This document shows positions 14,131 through 27,851 of a stretch of 64,000 bases of DNA, in pieces (the first letter of the stretch is position 1; every line of letters starts with the position of its first letter). Origin of the DNA: Octopus vulgaris (Eukaryota); the NCBI GenBank assembly GCA_951406725.2, contig OX597815.1:100130001-100194000 (forward strand). Direction: 5' to 3'. Position numbers and translations under genes: made by a program. Under the pieces are notes generated by a model. The model made no database searches, was not told the DNA's origin, and saw nothing but the letters and a program-made list of their open reading frames with translations.

Positions 14131-14439
14131 ACTTACTTTAGATTCTATGAAAGCAAAAATTAGACACAGCATGCTTAATGCAATGATAATGTAGCAGTAT
14201 ATTTCCTATTTTCTCTCTCTCTCTTTCTTTTCCCTTTCTCCTCTCTCTTATTCTCTTTCCTTTTCTCCCCCTCTCTCTTCGCTCTTCCTCCAAGGCCGTT
14301 AAAATATATACCACTTATACTCGTTTCGTTTAAACCGCCTGTGTTGTTGTTCCATATCCGTCTCTCTCACACACACGCACACACACACACACACACATAC
14401 ACACACACACATACACACACACAAAACTCTCTCTCTATT

Positions 14440-14470
<31 letters not shown>

Positions 14471-14641
14471 TCTTGGACAGTTTTTGTAGTATATGAGAAA
14501 AGGGAAGTTATTAGCTCTCAGCTCAACATCTTTTCATTTCTCCATCTGAGAAAGAGCACTGTATATCGTCCCCCTACGACACAGTATATCCGAATCTGCT
14601 CGCTATGTGTGCGTGTGTGTGTGTGTGTGTGTGTAATAATT

Positions 14642-14786
14642 AGAAGAAGAAGGAGGAGGAGGAGGAGGAGGAAGAAGAAGAAGAAGAAGAAGAAGAAGAA
14701 GAAGAAGAAGAAGAAGAAGAAGAAGAAGAAGAAGAAGAAGAAGAAGAAGAAGAAGAAGAAGAAGAAGAAGAAGAAGAAGAAGAAGA
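14642..14786 (+). repeat. (GAA)n/(GGA)n microsatellite
   Basis: Direct reading. Confidence 0.95.
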
Positions 14787-14935
14787 ATCGACCTCAGTAT
14801 TTGACTGGTATTTATCTATCAGCCTCTCGAAAAATGAAAGACGAAGTTGATTTTAACGAGGTTTATACTTTGAGAGCAACGACGAGGCGCAATTACTGCA
14901 AAACATTTTTCTGACATTCTCGCTATTTTTTCAAT
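14787..14935 (-). mobile_element. Family A SINE, degenerate
   Basis: tcgacctcagta...actggta...aaaatgaaagacgaagttga similar to 52725-52923. Confidence 0.5.
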
Positions 14936-15605
14936 CCATCGTCAACCAGATTTGTAAATCGGCTGCAAAAAATCAACTACAAGTCAGATTCCGCAGAGAA
15001 AAATTCCCATTATCTGTAGCTTGACTAGAATACTGTTAAACTCCCAGGGAGCTAAACCTGTAACCGTGTTCCGATTACTAATTATAACAGATTCATTTTG
15101 CTTGCTTCACTAACGCCTTCTCATTTTTTCAATTCCAGAGAAGAAAAACATTTTCGTTTGTTTGTGGCGTGTAGGCGCTTCTTTGAAAAGTGATAATTTA
15201 TAAGCTAAATGTCAAAGAATCTAGTTGGAATATGGTAAATTTAACGATAAAGATGTTGCATTCTCTTGGGAAATCATATATTGTTTCTAACAAATGATTC
15301 CTCAAATTGTTTTTATGATAACGGGAGTAGAATAAAGACTTCATATCCATCGTTATATGTGTTTATGAATCTTAGTATTCATGCACACGCGTTGTCATAT
15401 GAGTTGTTTTAATTCTATGTGCACAGAAATATTGATGTGTGAGTTTGTACGTGTAAGTATATAAATATGTTATGTAGATCAAACATAAACATGAGTGTAT
15501 ATGTATGCCTGAATATATGTGCGAAAGCATATGACTGCATATATGCTTAGATGCATGTATGTAGGTATGTATGTATATATGTATATATGTTTGTATGTAA
15601 GTATG

Positions 15606-15639
<34 letters not shown>

Positions 15640-15677
15640 CATATATATATACATACATACATATATACATACATACA

Positions 15678-15710
<33 letters not shown>

Positions 15711-15762
15711 GTATGTATGCATGTGTGTGCATGCATGTATATATATATATATATATATATAC

Positions 15763-15925
15763 AGGCGCGGGCGTGGCTGTTTGGTTAAAAAGCTTGCTTT
15801 CCAACCACATGGTTCCAAGTTCAATCCCACTGCGAAGTACCCTGGAAAAGTGTCTTCTGCTATATCCTCGGGTCGGCCAAAACGTTGAGTGGATTTGGCA
15901 GACGAAAACTGAAAGAAGACGTCAT
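15763..15925 (+). mobile_element. tRNA-derived CORE-type SINE (family B), 5' half
   Basis: gtggctgtttggttaaaaagcttgctttccaaccacatggttccaagttcaatccc (A/B boxes)...aactgaaagaagacgtc; many copies in the window. Confidence 0.8.
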
Positions 15926-16254
15926 ATACATACATACATACATACATACATACATACATACATACATACATACATACATACATACATGCATGCATGCATG
16001 CATGCATACATACATACATGCATGCATGCATGCATACATACATGCATACATACATACATACATACATACATACATGCATGCATACATATATACATACATG
16101 CATGCATGCATACATACATGCATGCATACAGACATACATACATGCATACATACATGCATGCATACATGCATACATACATACATGCATACATGCATGCATA
16201 CATACATACATACATACATACATACATACATACATACATACATACATACATACA

Positions 16255-16762
<508 letters not shown>

Positions 16763-16767
16763 TATAT

Positions 16768-16821
<54 letters not shown>

Positions 16822-17189
16822 AACACCCGAGTAAGTGGGACAAGGTGGGAAAAATAGTGCTCGGATACTGGAGGTAGAGTAATATGCTTTATTATTAAAG
16901 CTGGAAAAATATCACAAAAGACATCACATTTTTGTGATGTTTTTTCAACTTTAATAATAAAGTATTTGTGCGTGTGTGCTTGTGTGTGTGCGTGTGTGTA
17001 GGAAAAATAGAATTTTGAAAATGCACTGAGAATAGTTAAAATATTTTTATTGATATATTTAAAGCTTTAACCGTTTTCACAGTTTACGCTGATTTTCAAA
17101 AAGTTCCAATAGAAAGACGTAGCTTATGTCACAGCTGTTTTGCTTCTGACTAGTGTTTCTTTCCGATGACTATCTGCATATATGCATAT

Positions 17190-17545
17190 ATAACAAATTA
17201 ATAAATAAAACATATGCATATATACATACATATATGTGCGTACCTACATGTACATATATATATATACATGCATATATGGGTACAGGACACCAAAAAAACC
17301 GTCGAACACAATGAGAAACGAAAACATAAACACAAAACCAAGGAAATGGACATTTTTTCTTAAACAACGAAAAAATAGAGTACTGGACAAATAACACAAG
17401 GAAAACCCCCCTTCTTCAGTCGCCATGGTTTCATCTACTCCGCGTTTCGAAGGTGAAGGCGAGACGCGTCTTCTACTGAAACATTCCTTCCCGCAAAAAG
17501 CAAATTAAATAAAATTTGAGATTTTTTGCGGCGGGGTTAAAATTA
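17190..17545 (-). mobile_element. Non-autonomous ribozyme-bearing (Penelope pLTR-like) element, family P1
   Basis: Homologous to both arms of 47237-47654 and more distantly to 54900-55097; carries the permuted hammerhead. Confidence 0.6.
17406..17482 (-). ncRNA. Non-circularly permuted hammerhead ribozyme candidate, intact core
   Basis: Minus strand: CGCG-U-C^UCGCC uuca CCUUC-GAAA-CGCG gaguagaugaaaccau GGCGA-CUGAAGA-A-GGGGG; stem III CGCGU/ACGCG, stem I UCGCC/GGCGA, stem II CCUUC/GGGGG (two G-U pairs). Confidence 0.75.
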
Positions 17546-17869
17546 TATATATACATATATGCAGATAGTCATAGAAATGAAAGAGAGAGTACTCAACAAA
17601 GCTTATGTCACTGAGGCTGAAAATTTGTATTAGCAAACTCGGAGTTACATTACTAAATTTTTCACAGATGGCAAAACCGCAAATGGTCGACTGCATGCGA
17701 TAATACTGAATACTATCACATCAGAAGGATTACACGAGCTTCTTACCGCTGTGAAACTCTACAAATCTGAGACGATCAGTTAACAGGTGTATGTGTGTTT
17801 GTGTGTGTGTGTATGTGCATGCATGTGTACACACATACACACATGCACACACCATTCCCTCTCATCTAA

Positions 17870-18020
17870 TCTGTCACAGGATTACCCATTTGCAGCTGAA
17901 TGAACAAGTGCAAAGTGAATGAAGTAAATTGCTCAAGAACACAGCGTAACGCTGGTCTGGGAATTGAAACCACGGTCTTGCAATTGTAATTGTAACACTT
18001 TAACCACTTAGCTACGTGTC
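17870..18020 (-). mobile_element. Family C SINE, degenerate
   Basis: gaatgaagtaaattgctcaagaacacagcg...ggaattgaaacc matches 53066-53316. Confidence 0.55.
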
Positions 18021-18062
18021 ATCACACACACACACACACATATGTTACAGACATAATAGGCA

Positions 18063-19270
18063 TACATGGTGTGAAAGGTATTTGAGGACATAGTAATTCA
18101 ATAAAATAACTCTAATCTAACAAAAGACAAATGTATTTTAATGAAAATTTATTCACATGTTCTTGATAAGCCTTCTTATAAGATTATTCACCGAATCTGC
18201 CTTTAGCTTCGATGTCTGCTTCAATGCGAGACAGGAATCATCAACATACCGGCACCAAATGTGCCTTATTCAATTTGGAGATCAGCTGATCAATGTCGGA
18301 TATCGATCAGTGTCCTTTTCAACAATGCTTCAAACATAGTAATCAATGGGATTTAAATCTGGCGAGTTTTGAAGCCACAAGTTTGATGTTACATGACCGT
18401 ATAACTTATCTCTCATTCTTTCTTGGATTGCGTGAGCTTTGCTTGAGTTTTGTTGAAATACCTATGGCCTTCCACTACGTACTTCATCCATCTACGGCTT
18501 AATAACTGTATCCAGTATCACAATGCATCCAGCAGTATTAATTCTGAGACTCTGTAGAAGGACCTGAGGTGACATGACAACACCTCTGTTACTCACTACC
18601 ACTAAAACCGTTATAGTTACTGGAAACTTAGTGTGCCTCACTCTTCGGACATAAGAATGAGCTGCATATGACCATCTGCTATTTCTCCAGTTAGACTTTT
18701 GGTCTTGGTCGAATATTGTCTCGTCAGAGAAGAACCAAAACATACCATGCCCTATGGGTCATTAAACTTAAGTTGGCATGGACCAACTGGTTTCCCTGCA
18801 TCTTTACAGATATGAAGTGGCCTCTCTTCAGTACATTCGACTTGTATCGAATGCTCTCGTTCACCAGAGTTCTGATAGTCTACTCCTAACACTCGAATTT
18901 CTTTAGCAATACCTCATTGATTTTCGTTTTCCGGAATCATCATCGATAATGTTTTGAACCTGTTGAAAATATTGCGATGTCCTTAAAGTACCCAAACGTT
19001 TAAGATTGTTTTTCACATGAAACATTCACGCCAGAGGCTTCTGATTCCTTCAAAACTTTGTGAACAAAATATCTTGTAAAATTTAGAAAGTTGGCAATTT
19101 TTGAATAGCTGTGTTCTGCACATGTGGCAACAATGACTGCATGTCTTTTCATTGCTTGCGTTAGAATTTTGTCTGCCATCGGGGATATGGAAGAAGTAAA
19201 ATCTTTTTATGGCTTGAAAAGTGTAATATACTGATAATTAAGTGTCCTCAAAGACTCCTCGCATCCTGTT
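18063..19270 (-). mobile_element. Near full-length decayed maT/DD37D-like Tc1/mariner transposon
   Basis: Transposase pseudogene 19179->18184: MADKILTQAMKRHAVIV..., FFSDETIFDQDQKSNWRNSRW, HTKFPVTITVLVVVSNRG, ...IEAKGRFGE*; degenerate TIRs share tttgaggaca/tgtcctcaaa. Confidence 0.8.
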
Positions 19271-19327
19271 TATATATATATACGACGATGTTTCTTATAT
19301 ATCGGTGTATTAATATTTTTATTATTA

Positions 19328-19431
<104 letters not shown>

Positions 19432-19574
19432 CGTAGTAGTAGTAGTAGTATCATCATCATCATCATCATCATCATCATTATATGTTTATTTACATTCATA
19501 TATGCATACATACATATATATACATATATATATATATATACATATATATATACATACATATATATATATGTATT

Positions 19575-19605
<31 letters not shown>

Positions 19606-20717
19606 ATGTATGCATGTATGTAGGCATGAGTACGCACGGGTGTATGTCTGTATATTTACATGATTGAGGAAATAAATAACAGCTTTGGTTACATAATATT
19701 CTAACGTAGCTTCTGCCTAACGAACAACCGGAACAGTAAATCGCTGTTAAGAAAATATTATCGCATAAAGAATATAAAAAAAAAATGGACTTTGAATTGG
19801 TCACGATAAACCGTAATATGTCTTTAGGAATAGAAATGATATTATGCAAATAGATATAACTTCAAGGAGAGGAAATCTATACATTTAACGATGTCTGAAA
19901 ATAGTGACCAGTTAGCTCTCTTGCCAAACCCGTCGACTACTTTGCTATACACAATTGGAATATTTAAAAAATAAAAGAACCAAACGAAACGAAATTCAAA
20001 CAAGAAACAAAAATGACTTTAATAAACGGTTTGCTATTGGTCATATTAAATTATATAATTCTATAAAAAGGTTTGCGCCAAAGTAATGTTAAATGAACGG
20101 TAAATGGTGAAAATGCCAGCATTAGGTATGAAGCTTATGAAAAGATGTAAAAATAAATTAATAAATAAATAAATATATGAATAAATGAATACATAAATAC
20201 ATAAATAAGTGTTAATAAAGAGGTATGTGAAAAATATTGCAAAATGGTTGGCAAAATGTTAGCCAAAAAGGAATTTGAAAATACTAGATAATAATACGGA
20301 AGAAAATTATAGCTCCGAGTGTAACTGATATACATATGTATATACACACACATGCATTCAGAGATATATGCATGTATATATTATGCATCTGTGTGTGTTT
20401 GTGAGTGCTAATGTATTTATGTATGTATGCAATGTTGACTACACCATTTAAAGTGAAACCTTGCTTTAAACGGTACTTATTTTTAGTTATTACTCGGTCG
20501 TTAAATACGTAGCTTCATTTAGGTGTGAGTTAAAAAGATATGATATGGCTCGCGGCTTCCGGAAAAATTGTTAATGGCTAATAGAACTAATCGAGATGGG
20601 TAGTGCTGATAATAAACTGTATACATCTGTGTATCTTTATATAAGCTTAAGAATAAAGAAATCTTTCCTTCGCTCTTTCTCCCTCACTTTCTCCTCCCTC
20701 TCCCCTCTCTCTTTCTT

Positions 20718-20755
<38 letters not shown>

Positions 20756-21377
20756 CCTTTCTTTCAACCTGATCTTTTCTCTTGTAACTGTCACTTTCGT
20801 TTTCTCTGGGTAAGATTACAGAGATTTTTGTGTTCGTTATAATTCTTCAGTGAAAGACAAACGAGTGTCTAAAGAGTTAGCCAATTTTCTCTGCAACATA
20901 GATAAGTAGCCATAGTTGTGTATGCGTACATCATGAGTGTATAAATATATACGTGCAGATATGTGTGCATGCATATATATATATATATATATATATATCC
21001 TCCATATGTGTGTGTATGATATATATTGATTGATATATAGACTATATATATATTTATATATACATATATATATATACACGTTTATGTATGCGTGCGCAAT
21101 GCATACATGCTGAAATACAAGTTCAAATATATATATTCGTCTACATATGTGCAGATATGTGTGCACAGACACAAGGTAACATATATATATACAAACACAC
21201 TAAGTAACATATAGATATGTATACACACACATGTGTGTGTGCATTTATATATATATATGTGTGTTTGTATGTATGTGTATGGGCATATGCATGTGTGTGT
21301 TTGAGTATGTATACATACAATATATATATATATACATACATAAATATATATATATATATATAAACGTATATATATAA

Positions 21378-21435
<58 letters not shown>

Positions 21436-22285
21436 ATATAGGTAGAATTCTGTACTTTTCAATTTAGGCATTGACACCTCAATAACGTGAACTATATGAG
21501 TTTGATTGAATATTGCTGTTAAGTTAAAACTTTCAATTAGCTTTACTGTTATATATATGTATATGTATATATTAAAATGTATATGTGTGTATGTATGTGT
21601 ATGTATGTGTGTATATATACGTACATACATATATCTAGGAAGTGTTCATTAAATCTATTATTGTTCAAGTGTGTGTGTGTGTGTGCGTGTGTGTGTGCGT
21701 GTGTGCGTGCGCACGCGCGTTTGTGTGTGAATATGTTGGAGATGAGAAAGGTAGACGACAGAGAGTTGGTGAGACAAAAACATTAGAAAGCAAACGAAAA
21801 CAAATGAGCACTCAGAAATAACTTGAAGGAAAGAAAGAGGGAAAGAAAACAAATGTAAATTAAACAAAATACAAAATGAAAAAGCAAAAAAAAAGTAACA
21901 AAGAAAAGGAAAAGGAAAATGAGGCGGGGAAAGTAACGAATGAGAAAAATTGAAGAATTAAGATGTGAATCAAATAACATTTTGCCAGTTATGATAAAGG
22001 TCAATCAATGCTAAGTGGTCAGATTGTTGAAAATATTTTCAGCCTTTCATGTAATGTTAGATAAGTTGCCGGCTGTAAAATGGCGGAGTCAGCGAATGAG
22101 GGGAGAAAATGAGGCATTTACATACAGCAGCTAGCATCAAACGATGCACGTGTGTATGTGTGTGCATGTGTGTGTGTGTATATGCAAGTAAGTGTGTTTA
22201 AGTATACGTAGTACATATATATAGAGAGAGAGAGATAGATAGATAGATACATACATACATACATACATACATAGATTGATAGATA

Positions 22286-22317
<32 letters not shown>

Positions 22318-22581
22318 CGTACATACATATATAAAGATCTGTTCATGTATGTGAATATATATATATATATACATATATATGCACATAAATGTATATATAT
22401 ATATATATACACGTATATATGCATAAGTATAATATATATAAATATATATATAAGCATATATATATATATATATATATACATACACACAGAGACATATATA
22501 CATATGAACACAACCATCGATTTACACACGAACATATGTAAATATGTGTCCATGTGTGTGTGTGCGTGCGTATGTTTGTGT

Positions 22582-22680
<99 letters not shown>

Positions 22681-23038
22681 TTAGTGCAAGGTTAGGTTTC
22701 CTTTGTCTCAAATATGTACGTAATAGGTGAAAAGCGGCGAATGGAGAAGCGAAAATGAGGCATAAATAGAAGTAAACGATTCATAGCTAACAACTTGAAT
22801 TCTTTTTGTTTTCAGTCTGCCTTCAATAAATCTCCGAGTATATCACTAATCATCGCAAAGATCAAAGAGTTTTTCTTATTAATTTCTCGTTTTCTTGATA
22901 ATCGAAAAGCAACCAACGAAAGGTATTTCCAGTTTTTGGCAACAACTTCATCAGTAAACTTTGGACAGAAACTGTTAAAAATTTACCAGTAACCCCTCAT
23001 CATCATTGCTCTTTCTACCCCTTCCTTTGACTCTCTCC

Positions 23039-23076
<38 letters not shown>

Positions 23077-23539
23077 CTGTATATCTCTCTCTCTCTCTCT
23101 CTAACTCGCGTGCGCTATATATATATATATATATATATATATTATGTTTTACGTAAAATACTATAGATACATACGTATATATACAACACATATTCTCACG
23201 CACAAACACACGCACACAGTGACATATGCACAAATATATATATTACAATCTCACTATATTTCTCACATATATCTTATTTGTGTGTGTGTGTGTGTGTATA
23301 CATATACATGTGTGTGTGTATGTGTGTGTATGTATGGATGTATGTATGTATGTATGTGTTGTGTCGACGCCCCCATACGATGAAGTAGGCTAGCCCAATA
23401 CGTAGATATAGAGGAAGAAGTCTAGACGTCGAGGAGTTAAGTAGAGGTCATCCGAACGTGCTATATAACAGTATGCATGTATGTATGTATGTATGTACAG
23501 ATGAGAGAGGGATGAACAAGATGGATGTTTCTTTTCTAC

Positions 23540-23599
<60 letters not shown>

Positions 23600-23628
23600 A
23601 TATATATATGTATTTATATATGTATATA

Positions 23629-23682
<54 letters not shown>

Positions 23683-23721
23683 TATATACATATATATATG
23701 TATATATATGTATATATATAT

Positions 23722-24065
23722 TCTTTGGTTGGAGTTCTGCTTTGGAGGCTGTTTGTGGTGGTTCGCCGTTCTTCCCTCATGATTGTTTGGTCTTCTTCAC
23801 GTTTCTGCATCGAATCGCAGATGGTAAATCAGTTGGCCGTGGTTAGCCGCCTTTCATTAATGTAGGACCCAAACACTGAGCCTGCTGACATATAACTAAG
23901 TTGATGGAGATAGTTTTCAATACCCGAAAGGGAATATTTGGAGAATATATCTGATCATCCTGCACGTATAACAGGGATGGTGGCGCTGTTGTTCTCAGTT
24001 GGCCAACCAAAGCAAATTGCGTCCTCTACCGAAACATTTCTCCATGGAAATGTTGAAAACTATTT
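23722..24065 (-). pseudogene. Possible very decayed RTE-like LINE 3' region
   Basis: Weak frameshifted similarity to RLRWLGH...RKTWRTT motifs. Confidence 0.25.
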
Positions 24066-24940
24066 CAGGCACACACCACCCAGACAAATACAAGACACAT
24101 AGACACACTCACACAAACACACCCACATGTATACACGCACACTGCACAAACAATACAAACGAAACACTCACAATGATACACCCAAACATATGCACGCACC
24201 ACACAGAATAATAACATACACACGCACACACACAGACGCAGACATACACACACACGAGCAAACACATACACACAAACACATACACACATGCGCGCGCACA
24301 TACACACACACACATAGAAAGTACACAGATACACACACACACATATAGAAAGTACACAGACACACACACACACACACCAAAACCACTAAACCATGACAGA
24401 CTAGCCCAGAAACAAAGAAATTGCTTTGATTCCACAATGCTCTCCCCCACCAACCAACCTCCCACACTATGTCTAAAAATAGCAAACATATCTCATACAC
24501 ACTACAAGACAGAAGATGATGAATGGAAAGGTTCGTAATTCCTCTAAAATTCTGTATAAATACTTAAATATATTTCCTTCTGTATATATGTTTCTTATTC
24601 TACCATGATTTTTGGTGAACTTAAAATAATTTAAATTTATTTTACTACCTATTTTGAACACTTTCATGTAAACTTTTTAAACAAAAAGCCCCTCTTAACA
24701 TTTCCTTATCATTGTCATAGATTCTATTTTTTTAACATTTTCTTATCATTATCAAAGGCTGTATAACTGTATTTTAATACAATTATGATAACCATTTTTG
24801 AACACAGCAAAGCTTATACCAAGCATTACATTTTACTTTTGATAATCTTTTTTTAAAAAAAGTGAAACCGGTCATGTCAATAAGTATCTTTAAAAGACCT
24901 CTGCGTTTTCACTCGTGCGGTACCTTGCAAGTTTACTTTG

Positions 24941-25033
<93 letters not shown>

Positions 25034-25440
25034 GTGTGTGTGTCTAGTTGAGGAAGCTGGAAAGATACTAGCAAAACACCAAGCAGAATGTGCGACATAT
25101 ATAGTTTTGGGAGGAGTGGGGGTGTTTCAGTCCACGAGCATTGTGTACATAAATGAGAGAAAGGATCAGATAGAGAGAGTTGGTGTGAATGTATGTTATT
25201 TACAAATTAGGTTCTATTAAACTCCAAGGCAGAATGCAAACAATATAATTTAAACACCTAAAAAAATTATTGGTTAATAACTTTTTGAGAACATATTTCT
25301 GTATCGTACGCACCTACCTACCCATCTTTTGACATATCTTTCTATCTGTTATCAGTCTCCTTGTAAAAATATAATACAATATTTATGAGTGTGTGTGTGT
25401 GTGTACAGGTACATATGTATATACATATATGTGTGCATGT

Positions 25441-25513
<73 letters not shown>

Positions 25514-25884
25514 CATACATATTTACTGAATGGTACAGTTATGAAGATATACAAACAGAAATTGAAGTTTCTGCGAAAAAAGCTTTTCATGTTTGCAATA
25601 GCTGAAAAAGTGTAGCAATCATTGTATCGTTGACACAGAAACTTGAAACTCAGTATATAAGCTACCATAACTATCATAGTCTTCCATTTCTAACGATATT
25701 GAGGTCTACATCTATTGTTGTCACACACGGTTTGTAAATATGTGTGCGTGTGTGTGTGTATGTATATACATATATTATACACACACACACACACATATAT
25801 ATCTAATATAGGATAGAAGTTTTCGAAAAAAATTATATCAATGGCCAGCATATTAAAAAATACCTTTAAAGGTTAAATTTATAA

Positions 25885-26269
25885 ACAATTTATAAGTAAG
25901 GGCAAAAGAAAAAAAATATAATGCCAAAATATGCCGAAAAAAGACACTACGTCAATAATCATATAATTTATCACTACAAGCACGTATTTCAAAGAAAGCC
26001 GACAGAAATTTCTAAAAAAATTCCGTTATTACCATATCGTACCCGATTTCAGGGTTATTTCATAAGAACCTTCTCTTCATCAGTGAAATCGGTTCTCATG
26101 AACTAACTCTAAAATCGGGTCCGATATGGTAATAACGGAATTTTTAAGAAATTTCTGTCGGCTTTCTTTGAAATACGTGCTTGTAGTGATAGATTACATG
26201 GTTATTGACGTAGTGTCTTTTTCGGCATATTCTGGCATTAGAAACTTTTTCTTTTGCTCTTACTTATAA

Positions 26270-26274
<5 letters not shown>
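25885..26274. repeat. Foldback element (~185-bp arms) abutting (TA)n with a hammerhead core at the apex
   Basis: acaatttataagtaaggg...gaacc / ggttc...cttacttataaattgt; the apex contains tcatcag (CUGAUGA on minus). Confidence 0.85.
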
Positions 26275-26352
<78 letters not shown>

Positions 26353-26518
26353 GCAGTCGGGATTTTGGATAATTCTTTACTAGCGCTTTCGTCCGCTAAC
26401 CAAACTCTTCAAGAAGAGTTCGGTTAACGAACGAAAGCCAACAGTACAAAAAGCATGAAATACGTAAACAAACAAATTTAAAAAATGGAAGAGAGGACAC
26501 GGAAACACAGAGAAAGGA

Positions 26519-26593
26519 CCCTTCACCAGTTGTCGGCTGTCTGTATACTTCTCATTTCGAGCATTCAACAACAATATGAGTCTTCAAAGACAG
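26519..26593 (-). ncRNA. Permuted hammerhead, copy 2 (A6G core change)
   Basis: CUCA-U-A^UUGUUG uugaau GCUC-GAAA-UGAG aaguauacagacagc CGACAA-CUGGUGA-A-GGG. Confidence 0.65.
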
Positions 26594-27061
26594 TTACTCC
26601 AATAGATTCTAAAATAAAATTTAGGATTTATGGAGGGTCAAAGTAAGGAACAAAACCATGACAGTGGAGACATAGAAGGAAACCGAACGAAAACAAACAC
26701 GGAGGGCAGTGAGACCAGAAGGGGGGAGGATAGTGAACGCCGGAAGAAAAAATTTTTGAAAAGAGAAAAGATAGAAAAGAGAGAAAAAAATCACGTCCCT
26801 TCTTTTGAATGTCCGTGCAGGAAAAGAAAGATGGACGATGGTCACGTGTGAGCAACGAAAGAAAGAGAGAGAGAGAAAGAGGAATAGGGGGAGAGAGAGA
26901 CAGATAGAAAACGGTGAAGGAGGGAGGAGGAGAAAGGGGAATTAGAGAAGGATGGAGGAAGAAAACAGTATAGAGTAGATAGTTGCATCAAAAAGGTGAA
27001 GATAAAATGCATGCGTCGAGTTCAATTAAATAATGAATAGTAAATGATATATAATATCTAC

Positions 27062-27107
<46 letters not shown>

Positions 27108-27230
27108 ATACATACATATATGGGTACAGGACATCATGTGTGTGTGTGTGTGTGTGTATGAGTTAGAGGTTTGGCTGCCTCATGATAGAAACGGCTGTAA
27201 GAGTTTAGTATTTTGTACACTCATCTATTA

Positions 27231-27277
<47 letters not shown>

Positions 27278-27417
27278 GTTTTCGTATTTATTGATTTATT
27301 TCAATCGTTTACTTAAATCACTTACACATGTTTGTAATCAATTAATAAATAGATATAATTGAATGTTTACTAGCTGATGTTTGTCGATTGTTTATCCTCT
27401 CCATTTTCTTATTTGCC

Positions 27418-27448
<31 letters not shown>

Positions 27449-27463
27449 ATGTGTGTGTGTGTG

Positions 27464-27505
<42 letters not shown>

Positions 27506-27782
27506 TTGAAAAAGGGATAAAGAATCCATACAAATCAAAAGTAATAACTAAAAAAATAAAGGTGGAAACAGCACGAAAGTATGTTTAAGGATTGTTTTAT
27601 ATTTGTTATAATGAATAACTTTTTATAAAATATTTCCCTTTTTTAATGTGTATGTCCATCTTGTCAAATATTAAGAATTGAAAGTCAAAAATTTGGGAAT
27701 CAGAAAAAACTGGAAATTAAAGACAGTTTCTTCACATATTCCGTGCATAGTTAAGAAAATGTTTGAAATTTCATCGTGTATT

Positions 27783-27851
<69 letters not shown>

